A DNA stretch of 63,381 nucleotides, counting the filler, from Asterionella formosa (taxonomy: Eukaryota), in assembly GCA_002256025.1 (NCBI GenBank). It is 13 parts of 13 records of this genome, joined end to end, with 100 filler letters (N's around TTAATTAATTAA, not from the genome) between each part and the next. Parts side by side here need not be neighbours in the genome. Positions count along the whole stretch, not along the records: positions 24,950 to 48,173 come from NKIB01002514.1; 12 more parts are not named here. One strand, 5' to 3'. Positions 35,350-48,273 of the stretch are shown piece after piece. Made by a program: the position numbers and the translations under genes. The notes below the pieces were generated by a model. That model made no database searches, was not told where the DNA came from, and saw nothing but the letters and a program-made list of their open reading frames with translations. The first letter of the stretch is position 1. Each line of letters starts with the position of its first letter.

Positions 35350-37137
35350 CACAGGTGCGAAATGAAATTTGGAGGGGTGTCTCTTTATCCTTCTGGAAGA
35401 TATTATCCCAAGCTGTGAAAGGTTGATAAGGGAGTAGGAATGGGAGACCCGATAATATTTGGTGATTTCACCAGCAAGGAGACCAATACCATTGTGGAGG
35501 ATATCATTACGGCTGCGCCAATGATTGAAAGCTTGGTCATGGAGGGCCACAATGAAAACCAAATACAATGCCTGGGAGAGAGATTCACATCAGGGATCAT
35601 CAGGAGAGGCAAGGTGGATGTGGCGCCAAACTGGAGTGCTCAGGCGGGTGGTCAACATGGTGAACCACTCATTGAATTTTGTAGGATCCCCATTGAAGCA
35701 TCGTGGAAGGCTCATGGAAAGCTCCTTCTTATTATCGGAAGATGTAGTAATGGAGGCCACATTGGCAGCCTGGATATCGGCCTTAGTGGCAACAGAGGCA
35801 GCATGGGAAGAGACAATGGTGAAGGAATCAGCCACAGAGGCCAAGCCGCTGGACTAAACAGGGAGAGGGGGGATGGGGGAGGACTGGGGGGATTCATAGG
35901 GGGGATGAAAGGAGAGGTCCTTTATGGGAGAAGAGCGTGACACCTGGAAGGCAGGTGCAGACAGGGGAATGGGTAGGGGCCGATGACGGAAAGTTACATG
36001 AGGCTGGGAGAAGAGGGCCTGATAGAAGAGTGCAGGGTCCAGACCAAGACGGCCAAAAGGGATGGAGGCAGCAAGGGTGGGGGGCACAACCCAGGATAGG
36101 GTCATAGGGGTCGATGTCACCAGCATGCTGAAGGTATGCCTAGGCAGCACAAGAAAAATCGTTGAAACCATCAACGTGGCCCTGAATCGGACCCCAGTGG
36201 TAGCCAGCAGTCAATGCCCATGCAAGAGGCCAGCTGTGAAAGATGCCGCGGTGGCGGTCACGGTAAACAACATAATATCGTTTGTTCGACCGATCCATGG
36301 AGCGATCTGTACCCAAATAAGACAGGTGTCGGGGATGAGTAAAGCCATCAACTAGATAAGGAAGAGGCTCCTGAGAAGCAGACTGGAGGCAATGGGGAGA
36401 GGTGGTGGGTTGATGGTAATGGTTGGGGGTGGGAGGAGGTGCATGAAGGGGTATGGTAGGCAGGAGAGCCATAAGCTGCAGAGCGAATGGGTGGTATGGT
36501 AGAGGTATATGGAGTGAGCCAAGCAAGCTCGGCTTGAAAATGGGCCACCCCCGAGCTGTGGGAGTGGGAGTGGGAGTGGGAGGAAGGCCTGGAAAGGGCA
36601 GACCAGGCAGAGCAGAGGCATGGTCAGAAAGGTGTAGATAGGATGCCGGGGAAGCCGAAGGCAGAGCCCTGGGTGAAAGATGGGGTGGTGGGTAGGGACT
36701 TATAGAAAAAGGGGCTGAATAGTAAAGAGGAGGCGCAGACGTGCGGGGGTCATCCATAGCGAACTCAGATGATGAGGGCGGCACAAAATGCGGAAGGGGA
36801 GCATTAGTGGAGAACTGGTGATGGCAGGTAGGGTTAGGGTTAAGCGGTGCCACCAAAAGTTCACCATGGGGAGTGCCATGCAGCCAATTCGCCACTGAAT
36901 CCAGCTGCATCAGTGTCATTGACATCATGAGGCAATGGAGATCGCATGATGGAGGGAAGTCTGGTAAGGGATCAGTAACCTGTGTGTGTTGAGAGGGAGG
37001 AGAAACACTTGCAACGGGTGCCAGTGGCAGCTACATTAACAAGGAACTGAGATTCTTAAGTAGTATTTAACTAGCTGTAGAGGGACCAGCACTCACTGGA
37101 ATTAAGCACTTACAGGAATCTTGGTAGGATATATGGA
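35350..37137 (-). mobile_element. Decayed Ty1/Copia 5' portion: LTR, PBS, Pro-rich gag region with RNase H1 N-terminal (HBD/Cauli_VI)-like domain
   Basis: 36981-37137 is the reverse complement of the LTR at ~61318-61471. PBS-like GGTTACTGATCCC at 36980-36968; RYYVVYRDRHRGIFHSW...VDGF; gag-like LPRCFNGDPTKFNEWF. Confidence 0.8.
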
Positions 37138-37139
37138 CA

Positions 37140-38200
37140 TCTGCAAATGAAAAGTATCATGCATATAGTAGGATCAACCCGCTAAGTGGCAAAGGATTTT
37201 CGTAGATATGATAATTTTGGATCAAAACCATGATCAAGGTATCCTATAACTATGATGATTCATTAATATTTTACTGACCTTGAAGTATAATGATAATAAG
37301 AACATTATCATCACACAATGTAAATCAACTGATCAACAACATTACTTATCAACATCATAAACCTTCTCATTTTATTTTCAATTCTTGTGATTGCCCGACG
37401 TAAATTATTACTACAACGCATCCTAAAATCAGCTCAACTCTATACTATCATGTAAATTGTTTCATCGTAAGTCTATCGTAAACATGATCATATTTCTAAT
37501 CACAAGCATTGTTCAAAATAGATTGAAATGGATCGTAATTTAAATATCAAATTTAGCAATGCTATCTATTATTCTACATGCCAGCAACCCAACGTTTCTC
37601 TCTCTACTCGGCTCAATGCATATTGTTCTTATCTCGCCCTTTTCTTCTTCTTTTCTGAATCTTGTGCCAAGCAATGCCTTACTAATGTTGCGTCTCTCTC
37701 CCTGCTTCTAGTGTCATTCTGAACTCGCTGACTATTCCGTTGGTTGATCGGTTTTATTGCCCTATGCAGTTACAGTAACAATGAGAAGGAATGACTTGTT
37801 AGCTAGACATGTTACACTGACACAACATCACGCCATTCCATCGTATCCTCTTGACTTACCACAAATTAAAGCAAGTGATGCATAAATCTGTAATAGTAAA
37901 TTTTCAGTAAATTCTTGAATAAGTAAGTTTCAGGTTTCCAATGTTGCCGAATAAAAATTACCGATTCATTTACGTTAGCTCAACTTTGAGAGAAGGTAAA
38001 CGCGGCGTGTCTGTCAGTTATGTTCCATCAGAAGTGAATAAGGCCAACGACAAGAGCACTTACCAATTTTGGGGAACGTCTGGTATTGTTGAGATGATCA
38101 TATTCGCATATAGATAATTCAAAAATATTCAATGCACAATATGTCCATTGTTTTCCGCGACGTCGTGTACCAGTACTGTTTTTTAAAATTTGTTTGAGTA
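37140..38200 (+). mobile_element. TCTGCAAA-terminus element, subfamily A copy (truncates the adjacent Copia LTR)
   Basis: Starts TCTGCAAATGAAAAGTATCATGCATATAG, shared with 40069, 44744 and 62771; internal part matches 28706-29810. Confidence 0.75.
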
Positions 38201-39010
38201 ACGGGTATGTGGTACCAGCAATAGTCAATAGAAACCGAATTATTATGTCGTAGAATCACTACCAGTACATTTAGGACGCACCATATATATATAACAATAG
38301 CTATACGGTACTGGCACTCTGGTACCAGTACCACGGTACCACACTGGCGAGAACAACGCACAACAACAACAAATCAACAATCGAGGATGAGCGGCAATTG
38401 ACAGATGTTGTTACCGGTATGTTCCTGTAATTGTTGTGTACCTGGTAATATGTACTCGGAGTATATATTTACGGCACTACCGACAGCAGCATCGCACAAA
38501 TTGCAGGAAAAACTAACTAATTCCCAAATAGGAATGATAACATTTCATTTGTAAGAGTAGACTAATAGAAATATTTTACTTTTTTATAATGGTTTTGTCA
38601 TCCTACGTCAAAGTAGATGGGTGGTTGACAACATTTAGAATTTCCCAAAACCCGATAGCATCGATTTTGCATCAGATTGACCAAAACCAAAACCAATCCA
38701 AAAATAAGTTTTTGGGTTTTGGTTTGGGTCAACGGTTAGCAACGGCCTTATACGTGAAAGTGTCGATCGACCTTTTTTGGACAAAATCGCGGTTTACCAC
38801 GACCTCGGAGTATACAGGCATAGCTATGTACACATGAATGAATTAGGTAAAGCTTGTTATCAAATATTTAGTATTTATATCGCACATACATTAATTTAGC
38901 CCCATAGTAATTGTACCAAATGAGTTCATTGATGGCGCGCCCATCACAACATGCAATAAAATGTGCACCAGACTAATAATATATGATCCATTTTTTTCAT
39001 CAAAAACATC

Positions 39011-40068
39011 ATGTCGATGCCAACAACAAAGAGGAAAGCCCCAAAATATTCCATCTCTGATAGGGAGGTGATGAATCTCATACTCACAAACATGGTGTCA
39101 AAATTAGAGGTTCAGAGGGCAAATAATCACGGCATTTTGCCCTATGGGGCAGTCAAGAAAATCGTCGAAAAAAGACTGGTGATTCTCCCTTAGATTAGCA
39201 AACAAAAACATTTACTATATGATTCGGAAGTTGAACAGCAAAGATGCCATTGTCACATACATCAAAGGCAGCTATGGGGGAAGATCTACCCATGATAACT
39301 GAAATTGTTTTCCTTCAGCATAATCTACCCTAACACCAGCAAGTACAGATATGGTGAACAACATGGAAGACATGTGTGTTGCTGATACTATGATTTCTAT
39401 TTTGAATGGAGATCAAAACTTCGCTAATAGCATAGTTACTACAAGGACAGCAGTTGTAACTACTGAAGCTTCTAGTTCTGCTGTTGGGGGTGGAAGGCCC
39501 AAGGGCGCAACCAAAGTAGCCTCAATTTCAATGTCAACAAAAATCAAGCGTTGTTACCATTTGTCCGTCGAAGAGTACAAAAGTGTGAGAAAAGAGAGTA
39601 AACAGAAAGTTAAAGCAAGACTTGAGAAGGGCACACTCATCTGTACAGCTTTGATGCAAAATGAAGCGCTTGGTGTTCCTCCTGAGACGAAAATAAAATT
39701 AGAAACAATCAAAAGCAGATCAAAAATCATAGGAGGAGAACATAACAGAATTACAGCTTCGCCAATGATTGAGATCAAACCATAAAATGTTGAGATGATA
39801 GAACAACTTACCAAAATGCGTCAACCCATCACATGCTGTCTAGGACTAGAACTTGCTAATTCGCTTGTTGAGGGAAAGTCAATTATGACGATAGTGAATG
39901 ACCGAAGACGCAAACACTATAGCGCATTCAAACAAATTCATAAGGAGGGAGCAGGCTCAATCGTGATGGGGCCTGGTTACTGGAGAGGGTTCATGCAGAG
40001 AAATGGGCATCTTGTGAAAGCAAAGAGAGGAGTAAAATTTGATGTCAAACGATTTGAGTGGTGTACCG
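39011..40068 (+). pseudogene. N-terminal part of a Pogo/CENP-B-like DDE transposase, disrupted
   Basis: GGRPKG, LETIKSR..SPM.EI, MRQPIT..GLELANSLVEG, GYWRGFMQRN..KRGVKF...EWCT; in-frame stops; cut at 40069 by another element. Confidence 0.55.
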
Positions 40069-40523
40069 TCTGCAAATAAAAACTATGATGCATATAGGAT
40101 CAAGGGTATTGTACGCTAAGTGGCACAGGATTTTTACATATATGATAGTTTTTCGATCAAAAATATGATCAATGTATCATATAATTATGATCATGCAGTA
40201 ACTTTTACCAAGCTTGAAGTATGATGATACTATCATAGTTATAATACCATTGCATATAATTAGTTAAACATGGTCATATGATGTGTATACTTTTGTCATA
40301 CATCTATCTTAGCATAATCGTAATTCTCATCAACATCACTGTTTAAAATAGGATGAAATTGATCGAAATTTAGAACTATATTTAAAAATGGTTTTATGTT
40401 TCTATATCTTGAGTGGCTACAGAATGTTCTACAATTCTCTCATCGCAATGATTGGTGCTTCAGCTTTCACTTTCACTTCCACATTCCCCCCAATCCAATT
40501 CTAGAGGTTGTTGTACTGGTTGC
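40069..40523 (+). mobile_element. TCTGCAAA-terminus element, subfamily B copy (interrupted by a Copia LTR at 40524)
   Basis: Near-identical to 44744-45198 and 62771-62990. Confidence 0.85.
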
Positions 40524-42801
40524 TGCAGTGAAAGAGGGAACGGTAGCGAAGGACGACGATGATGATGAAGGAGGAGGAGAGTGGTGTGAGTCAATTAACT
40601 AACCTGACAAGCTCAAGAGGAGTTTGGAAGGGAGGGATGTTAAAAGAGTGATTATAGTATATTTAAAGTAGACTTTGTAGAGATAGAGAGTAGAGCGAGA
40701 ACACAAGAAAGGCGTTCACAGAAAAATGAATCTACATCCTGGTAGGACAGTGATTAATAAAATCAAGCCCATCTCATGAAAGAATGAGAAACCTGGAAGA
40801 AAAGTAACAGGAATTGTCTGATGGTCTTTGGGACTGGTGAGGCTAAGGCAAGCAAGAGTAGGTGATCAAAATCAGCCAATTGATGGAATTTAGAGTCCAT
40901 CATATTCATGTAATGATGCATAAGAAGCACCAAAAGGCAAGGTAATGAAAGAAACTTGGCATCAAGAGGAAAAACAGTGGAGTCAATCTGGAACAAAGAG
41001 ATTTGACTAATTTGGGTGTTTGCGTGTAGGCATCAAGTGCTGGTCCTTTCGCAAACAGAAGGAAAATAGGATGCACAACTCTGTTGATTCCCGAAACTTG
41101 TCAGGGCATGAATTTGATTGTTCAATCGATTCAGAAGGACTATATGGCCACTAATTTGATTGATCGATTGATTCAGAAGGACAATAAGGCGACTAAGACC
41201 ATATTCCAGTGTTTCTCCTAAAACAATAGAGAAGACAGTGAGCACTGTGTGTTGAGGCACAGTAGAATATGGTAACCTGGAATCAAAATAAAGCTGACGA
41301 GGAGTGATGTGCATCACCAATATTGCTGGACAGAATGGAGCAGAACTGATTTCTTGAATAGATGGGATTCCAAGTGCAAGTAGTTGCAAAACGTATAGGC
41401 AGAATTCAATGGATTTCACTGTTGGTTGTACTAAACAAAAGAATACCGTAGCCATTCCCATGCAGTCATTAGGAGGATGAAATAGCATGCACGTGTTCAT
41501 GAGAAGTGTAATAAGTAGAAACCAGAGTAAATGTCCAGAAAAAGTAAGAATAGATGCATCTAGTTCAATCTTGTAAAATGACTCACAATGGAGATGAACA
41601 TCGATATCAAACAAAGGAGCAGGTTTTCCAATCCAAAGAGCTGAGCAATCTTCTATGTGAGGCAAAATGGCCATGGTATGATCTTTCCAATGATATTCAT
41701 ACAGTAATATGTAGATAACTCTGTAAATCATAAATTCGCCAATGTCAGGATGCTTAAATATTTCCAAAACCAGGAGATCTTGCAAATATTGCATTGTGAA
41801 ATGCCGGCAATCTTTAAGTGGAGAATGTGTACAAACAATTCGGATTATGAACCAAAGATGTCCCATAAAAGCTGGATGCAAAACATAATTGACTGATGAT
41901 TGGTATAGTGAATGGAAACTGGGGACAACATGGTGCATGTTATGGTGCAAGATGTAACATTGTAAGCAGATCATGGAAAAGATTGTTAATGCAGATATGT
42001 ACCAATGGCAAGTAAAACTTTGATAGACATAGCCAAAATGGTTGGTGCAAAAGATTCAGCGTAATCTACTCCGTTGATTTGGAAACTGCCATTCACGCAG
42101 AGGCAAACTTTTCGATCATTGATTTGTTTTGCAGTATTAAGAACATGTATGAGGACCAGTACAGCTTGAAGTATCATTGCATTAACAGGAGGGAGTGATG
42201 GGGGTCCAAACGTTCCAATACTGTGACAACTATCAAGATGTGAGAATAGTGCCACAGTCCATTCCCCTTTAAATGGTCATTTCATTGCTTTGTGGAAAGA
42301 TCGAGGGCATTGGCTGGCTGGCGTAGAGGTTATCGAAGAGACTGTGAGCCCTGATCTGAGCATACTGAGATCAGCTGCACCAAAAGTGAAAGTGACATGC
42401 CATAGAGCATTAGCGCGAGGTTTCTTCACAGACCCGATCGATGGTCAAGTTTGTAAGAATACCAGGGACAAAGTGAGGATGATAGTGATCACTTAAGGAT
42501 AAATTACCATGAGTTGCGCTCACATATCCATCTAATAACTCTTCTGCATCATTAACCGTTCGAACATCATTACCGTTGATCTGTAACAGAATGCGACCAC
42601 GTAGTAATTGCGTAGGTCCTTTGGTCATACGTCGCTCGTCCAAAAGCACTGCAAGGTTCAATACCAATAATTTCGCAGCAAGCCAAATCAGGGAGATATT
42701 CTAACATGAGTCCATGTGCCTCATCAGGGAGAAGATCTGAAATTTCCGTTGTAGACTTGTCATGCGGTAACCACGGCGAGCAGCAGCTATCTCGAGCTAC
42801 A
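40524..42801 (-). mobile_element. Degenerate Ty1/Copia: 3' LTR (~40524-40765) plus decayed RT/RNase H and INT-RT spacer
   Basis: LTR homologous to ~53214-53450; RT motif KVCLCVNGSFQINGVDYAESFAPT; numerous stops. Confidence 0.75.
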
Positions 42802-42803
42802 TA

Positions 42804-43329
42804 GGATTTCAAATGCAGGAACGAACGGTACTTGCAGCCCCGCAGTCATACATCGCGAAGTCTTTTTTCCAAAATAATTTTATGATGTACTTCAATCTAC
42901 AAAGTAGCTACATACAAGTAAATAATATAGTTAAAGGAAAAATCAGCTTTCACCAATACGACCACTTTGCATATGCTTATAAATACACCAGTCATTGCTC
43001 GACTTAGGGGTATGATCTATATTCAGATATGGTAGGCACCTCATATCTGGAGAGAAATGGTAGGTAACCCTAGGAATCGTAACTATCCCAAAAAAGGGGC
43101 TAGGAAGCTTTTGAAAAATCTACGGGGGATAATTGCTTGAGCAATGACTGTATACACGCAGATGCAAAGTGGTCGTATTGGCTGGTGAAAGCTCATTTTT
43201 CCTTTAACTGTTATATTTACTTGTACGTACTCTGTAGATTGAAGTAAATCATACAATCATTTTGGAAAAAAAGACCTCGCGATGTGTAACTGCGGGGCCG
43301 CAACCTCAAGGTTCCTGCGTTCGAACCCC
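42804..43329. mobile_element. Fold-back MITE with ~200-bp inverted arms, flanked by TA
   Basis: 42804-43001 is the imperfect reverse complement of 43138-43329; TA at 42802-42803 and 43330-43331. Confidence 0.85.
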
Positions 43330-44010
43330 TAGGCAAAAACTAAAATATTGCTTATCAGGGTTGCGGAAATTCCTTGAAACTAAGAACTTTTATCTGCTAA
43401 TTTTAAATCTCAATGATTCCGTTTGAAACATTTAAATCAGTGCAAATTTGCACTTACAAATCTAGATTTCTTCTCAAATGCAATAAATATATAAAAATAG
43501 ACTCTGAATCGCTGAATGTATATGCTGCTACTTAACTGGTACTAGTGTACCTACTATGTATGATCCGACGGCTTGGAAAAACATTTGAATGTGTATCCTA
43601 GTAATGCACTGGTACACGTGCACAACCCTGGTACTATGACCAATCGGCCAACACCCAAGAAGCAAAATGTTGCATGTGCATCCAGTGTCAAGGCCAGCGT
43701 GGGATTGCAAGACCTCGCAAACCGTGCCAATCGAACAGATGTAAGTATAACCAATCAGAATATGAATAATGCAGCGGGCAATTACAATGGAACATTTGTA
43801 CAGGAGATTTTATGGCAAAAAATCTTCGCACAAGACTATCATTCTGATGATGACGTTTCGACGATTAGTGATGCTGATTCCGACATTCTGGTGACCGTTG
43901 AAAAGGCCGATATTATCGAATTTTTGGACTATAATAGCTCAACGTTTGCAGGGTTTCAAGAAGAGTTAAGTACATCGGTAATCTTCAAATCTCCCCAGAA
44001 GTTAATTTTC

Positions 44011-44134
44011 GGCGATAAAGTGCAGAAAGGAACTTCGGGTTTTACTAGACCAAAGAAACGAGTTGGCCCGCCCGATAAAATCCACTATTTTCAGCATAGT
44101 TAAAAACCAAAGTTCCTTTCTGCACTTTCTCGCC
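44011..44134. mobile_element. Miniature inverted-repeat element (124 bp, ~33-bp TIRs)
   Basis: GGCGATAAAGTGCAGAAAGGAACTTCGGGTTTT versus AAAACCAAAGTTCCTTTCTGCACTTTCTCGCC. Confidence 0.7.
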
Positions 44135-44743
44135 AGATCCTATATCCTGACAAGGATGTATAGCGTTGACCTATACCATCCTGCTTACTTTCAGCAATGA
44201 CTTTTTCTAAGCATACCGAAAGGGTGGATATTGGTGAAAGCTCCGTTTTGCGATATACATTGGTGTTTTAGTCGTATGGAATGTATTTTTGACTACTCTG
44301 ACTTGATACTATTTTTTGCATACCAGTAGAATGCACTTTGCCTTGAAAGAATGGGAAGAGTGCATTGCATTTCCTTTGATGGTCATTTCTTCCCCAGTGT
44401 TTGCATTGTTCATTTCTCGTTGTGTTCTCTTTCCATTCCTCTGCCTCCTCATGAAATTCTGTTAGCGCCACACCCTAGCTGTAAGTTTTACCCAATTTTT
44501 TGTCTTGTCTTGTCTTGCTAGTATTTTTCGTTTCGCTTCCTCTTCTGTTTCAGTTTCGCTTTGTAGGCTTTATTGTCGTTGCGTCTCTTTTCCTTTGCCG
44601 CCAAAACGATTCTCGGAGTTCTGACAATTCCATTACAAATTGCTTGTATAAAGTCTCTGTGCATTGTGTTGCTACTTGAGTGTTATGCCCAGCAAACAAA
44701 GCCACTATATATTGAAGGCCACCAGATCCTGCGAAAATCTTTG

Positions 44744-45430
44744 TCTGCAAATAAAAATTATCATGCATATAGGATCAAGGGTATTGTACGCTAAGTGGCA
44801 CAGGATTTTTACATATATAATAGTTTTTAGATAAAAAATGTGATAAATATATCATATAATTATGATCATGCAGTAAACGTTTACCAAGCCTTTAAAGTAT
44901 GATGATATTATCATAGTTATAATGTATACCATTGCATCATATAATTAGTTAAACATGGGCCTATGATGTGTATACTTTTGTCATACATCTATCTTAGCAC
45001 GATCGTAATTCTCATCGAAATCACAGTCTAAAATAGGATGAAATTGATCGAAATTTAGAACTATATTTAAAAATGGTTCTATGTTTCTATATCTTGAGTG
45101 GCTACAGAATGTTCTACAATTCTCTCATTGCAATGATTGGTGCTTTCTCTTCCACCTTCCCTCCAATCCAATTCTGAATGTTGTTGTACTGCTGGTTGCC
45201 TTGCCCTTGTTCCCGCCCTGTTTTCCTTTTACTCCTGAGGGTTCTGAGTTTGCATTCACGCATTTTCCCATCACTATTTAATCTGTTTCGTTGTACCTAT
45301 CATACTATCAAGAAGAGAATCAATTCCTTGTTAGCTAGCTGTTCATGTTTTGCTTACACAACAACATGCATTTCGCTTCTCTCTTCACTTACCACAAATT
45401 GAGGAAGTAACTGATGCATATTTCTGTAAA
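44744..45430 (+). mobile_element. TCTGCAAA-terminus element, subfamily B copy
   Basis: Same start as 40069 and 62771; 45310-45430 also aligns to 28990-29110. Confidence 0.85.
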
Positions 45431-46767
45431 ATAATGTGCGTGGCAGTTAAAGATTGAATAAGAAAGTATCGATCAATAAATGGGCTCCAATGCTGCTGGT
45501 TGTAGCTTACAAATACTGTTTGTCTACCATTATCCTGAAAGAAGCAACACACATGTGGCAGTTTTTTGAACAGTTGTGGATTGATCCAAAGATGATAGCA
45601 CTTACCGATTTATTTTGTCACCTTGATGGTTGTCCACCAAATCGAAAAGGAGCTATTGAATCACTGAAAGGGGACGAGTCATTCCGTATTTATAATCCCA
45701 ACAATTGATCATCCTGGCCTTTGCTCTGGAAGTGGTACCATGCACAGCTTGTTGATTCCGCGCTTCTCCATCATATTCACTCCTTCTTAGCCGCATGGTG
45801 TATCATCGTGTTGTCTTGTCACTTCAGTTTTTCGCATCATGTGTTGCCTGAGATCCTTCACTTCAGGAAGTGTATGCATGATAGGGAACATGAAAGGCAT
45901 TTGCTCTTGACTTACCATCATCAATTGATTCCGCCCTTCTCCGTAGTCACTCCTTCTACGCCGGTTGCAAGAATCATTTCATCATGTGTGATGATCCTTC
46001 ATTTCAGGATCAAAGTGTATGCATGACAAGGAACATGAAAACATGATTTCAAATGTTTCAGCCATGCAAACGAATATATAACGATTTGTAAGTTTAAATG
46101 TATACATAGATGAACATTTGCATAGTTTTAAACACGCTCATTATATGGCACATCCTGTGTATGCTAACATCAATTTTGATTATACATCATTCAAATATAA
46201 ACAGTGCATGTTGAGTTCATAGTTTTCCATGACCTGTTGAAATTTTTTTTTCATTTGTTGTGTGTCAATTCTTGTACCTACAAGTCAGTGGCTGATTTAA
46301 TTAAGCCCCTTAATAAATGGGAGTCATACCAATTTTTCAAATGGTCTAAGTCATACATTTATGAATATAGACATATTGACCATATGATACATTCGAAAAA
46401 TTCATATGGCCTACCGGTAATAGTAGTACTGTCTACTTGCTGGGTAGTTTTACTTCTATCATGGGAGTACCACAAAAGTGCAGCGGAAAACTGAAAATCC
46501 TTATGTGTTTAGGATAATTTGATCATATTTTAATGATCAATTAATCCTGATTCCTGAAAAAAATTGATCTTTCATTTTCTCATCAACGACACCGTTTATC
46601 ATATGATCAATTTGTTATGATCAAAGGTATAGGATAAACGAATCAAATTTTATTGTTTAGAGATCATACTATATACCAAAGTAGTTCTTGCTCATGCATG
46701 CGGGGGGGGGGGGGCGGGGGGGGGGGGGGGGGGGCGGGGGGGGGGGGGGCGGGGGGGCNNNNNNNNN

Positions 46768-48173
46768 CCCCCCCCTTATACAGTACAGAAGTGATAACCC
46801 CCAAGCTACCAAATTTTTATGTCTTGTAAGAATAATTGCCACATGCATGCATATATGATTCCTACTGGTATATACAATGCGGAAATGATGACCACCAGAC
46901 CACCAGTCCTATAGGTCTTGTAGAACTAACGCAACACGGCTGCATATCTAAGCAAGGAAAAGGCGGGAGGAGTCATCCATGCACCTGTGTATGAAATATG
47001 GAAATGATCAAATATAGTCTACACAAGGAGCAGTGCATCATCTATGCCCTGTTTTTTTAATTCCTATGAAATCTCTTGATCTGTTCTGCGCTTTTCGCCA
47101 CAATTGTGCTGTTTTCATTGTTTCACTGGAAAGCATTCTAATTGATTGTGCTCCGAACAAAGCAATGATCAAAGTCCACCCCATTGCAGAATGGTGAGTG
47201 TCAAAACTATTTATCAGCCGGTCGATTAAAAAGGGACCGTCTTTGGTTGTGCACCCTTCCTTGATGTGTTTGTACATTGAATTGGCAACTGTCAGCCAAG
47301 AGCAGCCATGGTATACCAGAATATATTTTCCATACGAATTTTCGAATGCGTTCAGCTATGATAACAATTGCTCCCCCCTCCTAAACACTATCTCACCACC
47401 CTTGTCATAGATTTTTCTCTATCCTTTAGCTGCACAGGCCCAGGTTAGCTACTCAATGCCTTCACCTGCAAGTTCAGCCAAGCGCATTGGCGTCAAGAAA
47501 ACCTCAACCCCGATTTTTCTCCTTTCTGCTCCGCCCATCATACTTTCTTCATTGATTAAGAAGGAATCGAGGTAGCTACATTGACAATGTCAGGTGACGC
47601 AGGCTTGTATATAGATTGTTGATGCCGAAAGTATTGCTTCCTTTTTCCGGTAGGTACACATTTGTCAACATTGTTTGAATCAATCCATTCTTATTCCCTC
47701 AAGACCAGCAAAAATCCCTTTACTTCCCCTCCCAACCTTCCTTTCTCTTCCACAATTGCGCTGATGTTTGCAGAGAATTTTTAATTCCCTTTTGCTTTTT
47801 CCACTGGTTTTGATCCCTTGGGAATTCCAGTCACGAAACAAGCAACTCATTGATATTTCTCGAGGTTTTGGTCAGTGGCACCATACAGCAACAATCAACC
47901 GATCATGGGGGCTGCCCTCCATTTTCTGTAGCAAGTGACATACAAGAAGGGTCTGGGATCATTGGGGAGAAAAATTATTAGGATTCTCTATGTTTGCCCC
48001 CCCCCCCATGGCTTTGGCATTCTACCATTTCTTCCTCTCAATCAATAACAGTAAAATTGAAAACCATAACTAGATGAAATGTGACTTCCGTTCTCTCATA
48101 TTTTACATTGTTGCACTACTGAAACTTGAATCCATAAATTGGCATTCAACTTGGGCTTTTTGAATTTTTGCAG
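46768..48173 (-). mobile_element. Decayed IS630/Tc1-like DDE transposon, 3' part and terminal region
   Basis: Minus strand GVEVFLTPMRLAELAGEGIE*LTWACA (~47430-47515) and an upstream WID motif; 46768-47160 matches 62992-63381; 48014-48173 matches 53788-53947. Confidence 0.65.
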
Positions 48174-48273
48174 NNNNNNNNNNNNNNNNNNNNNNNNNNN
48201 NNNNNNNNNNNNNNNNNTTAATTAATTAANNNNNNNNNNNNNNNNNNNNNNNNNNNNNNNNNNNNNNNNNNNN

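Noticed and set aside
35440..35940. Gly-rich plus-strand ORF
   Set aside because: Antisense shadow of the Pro-rich Copia gag region.
41033..41974. 313-aa ORF as a real protein
   Set aside because: Largely an off-frame read of decayed Copia RT/RNase H; composition is implausible.
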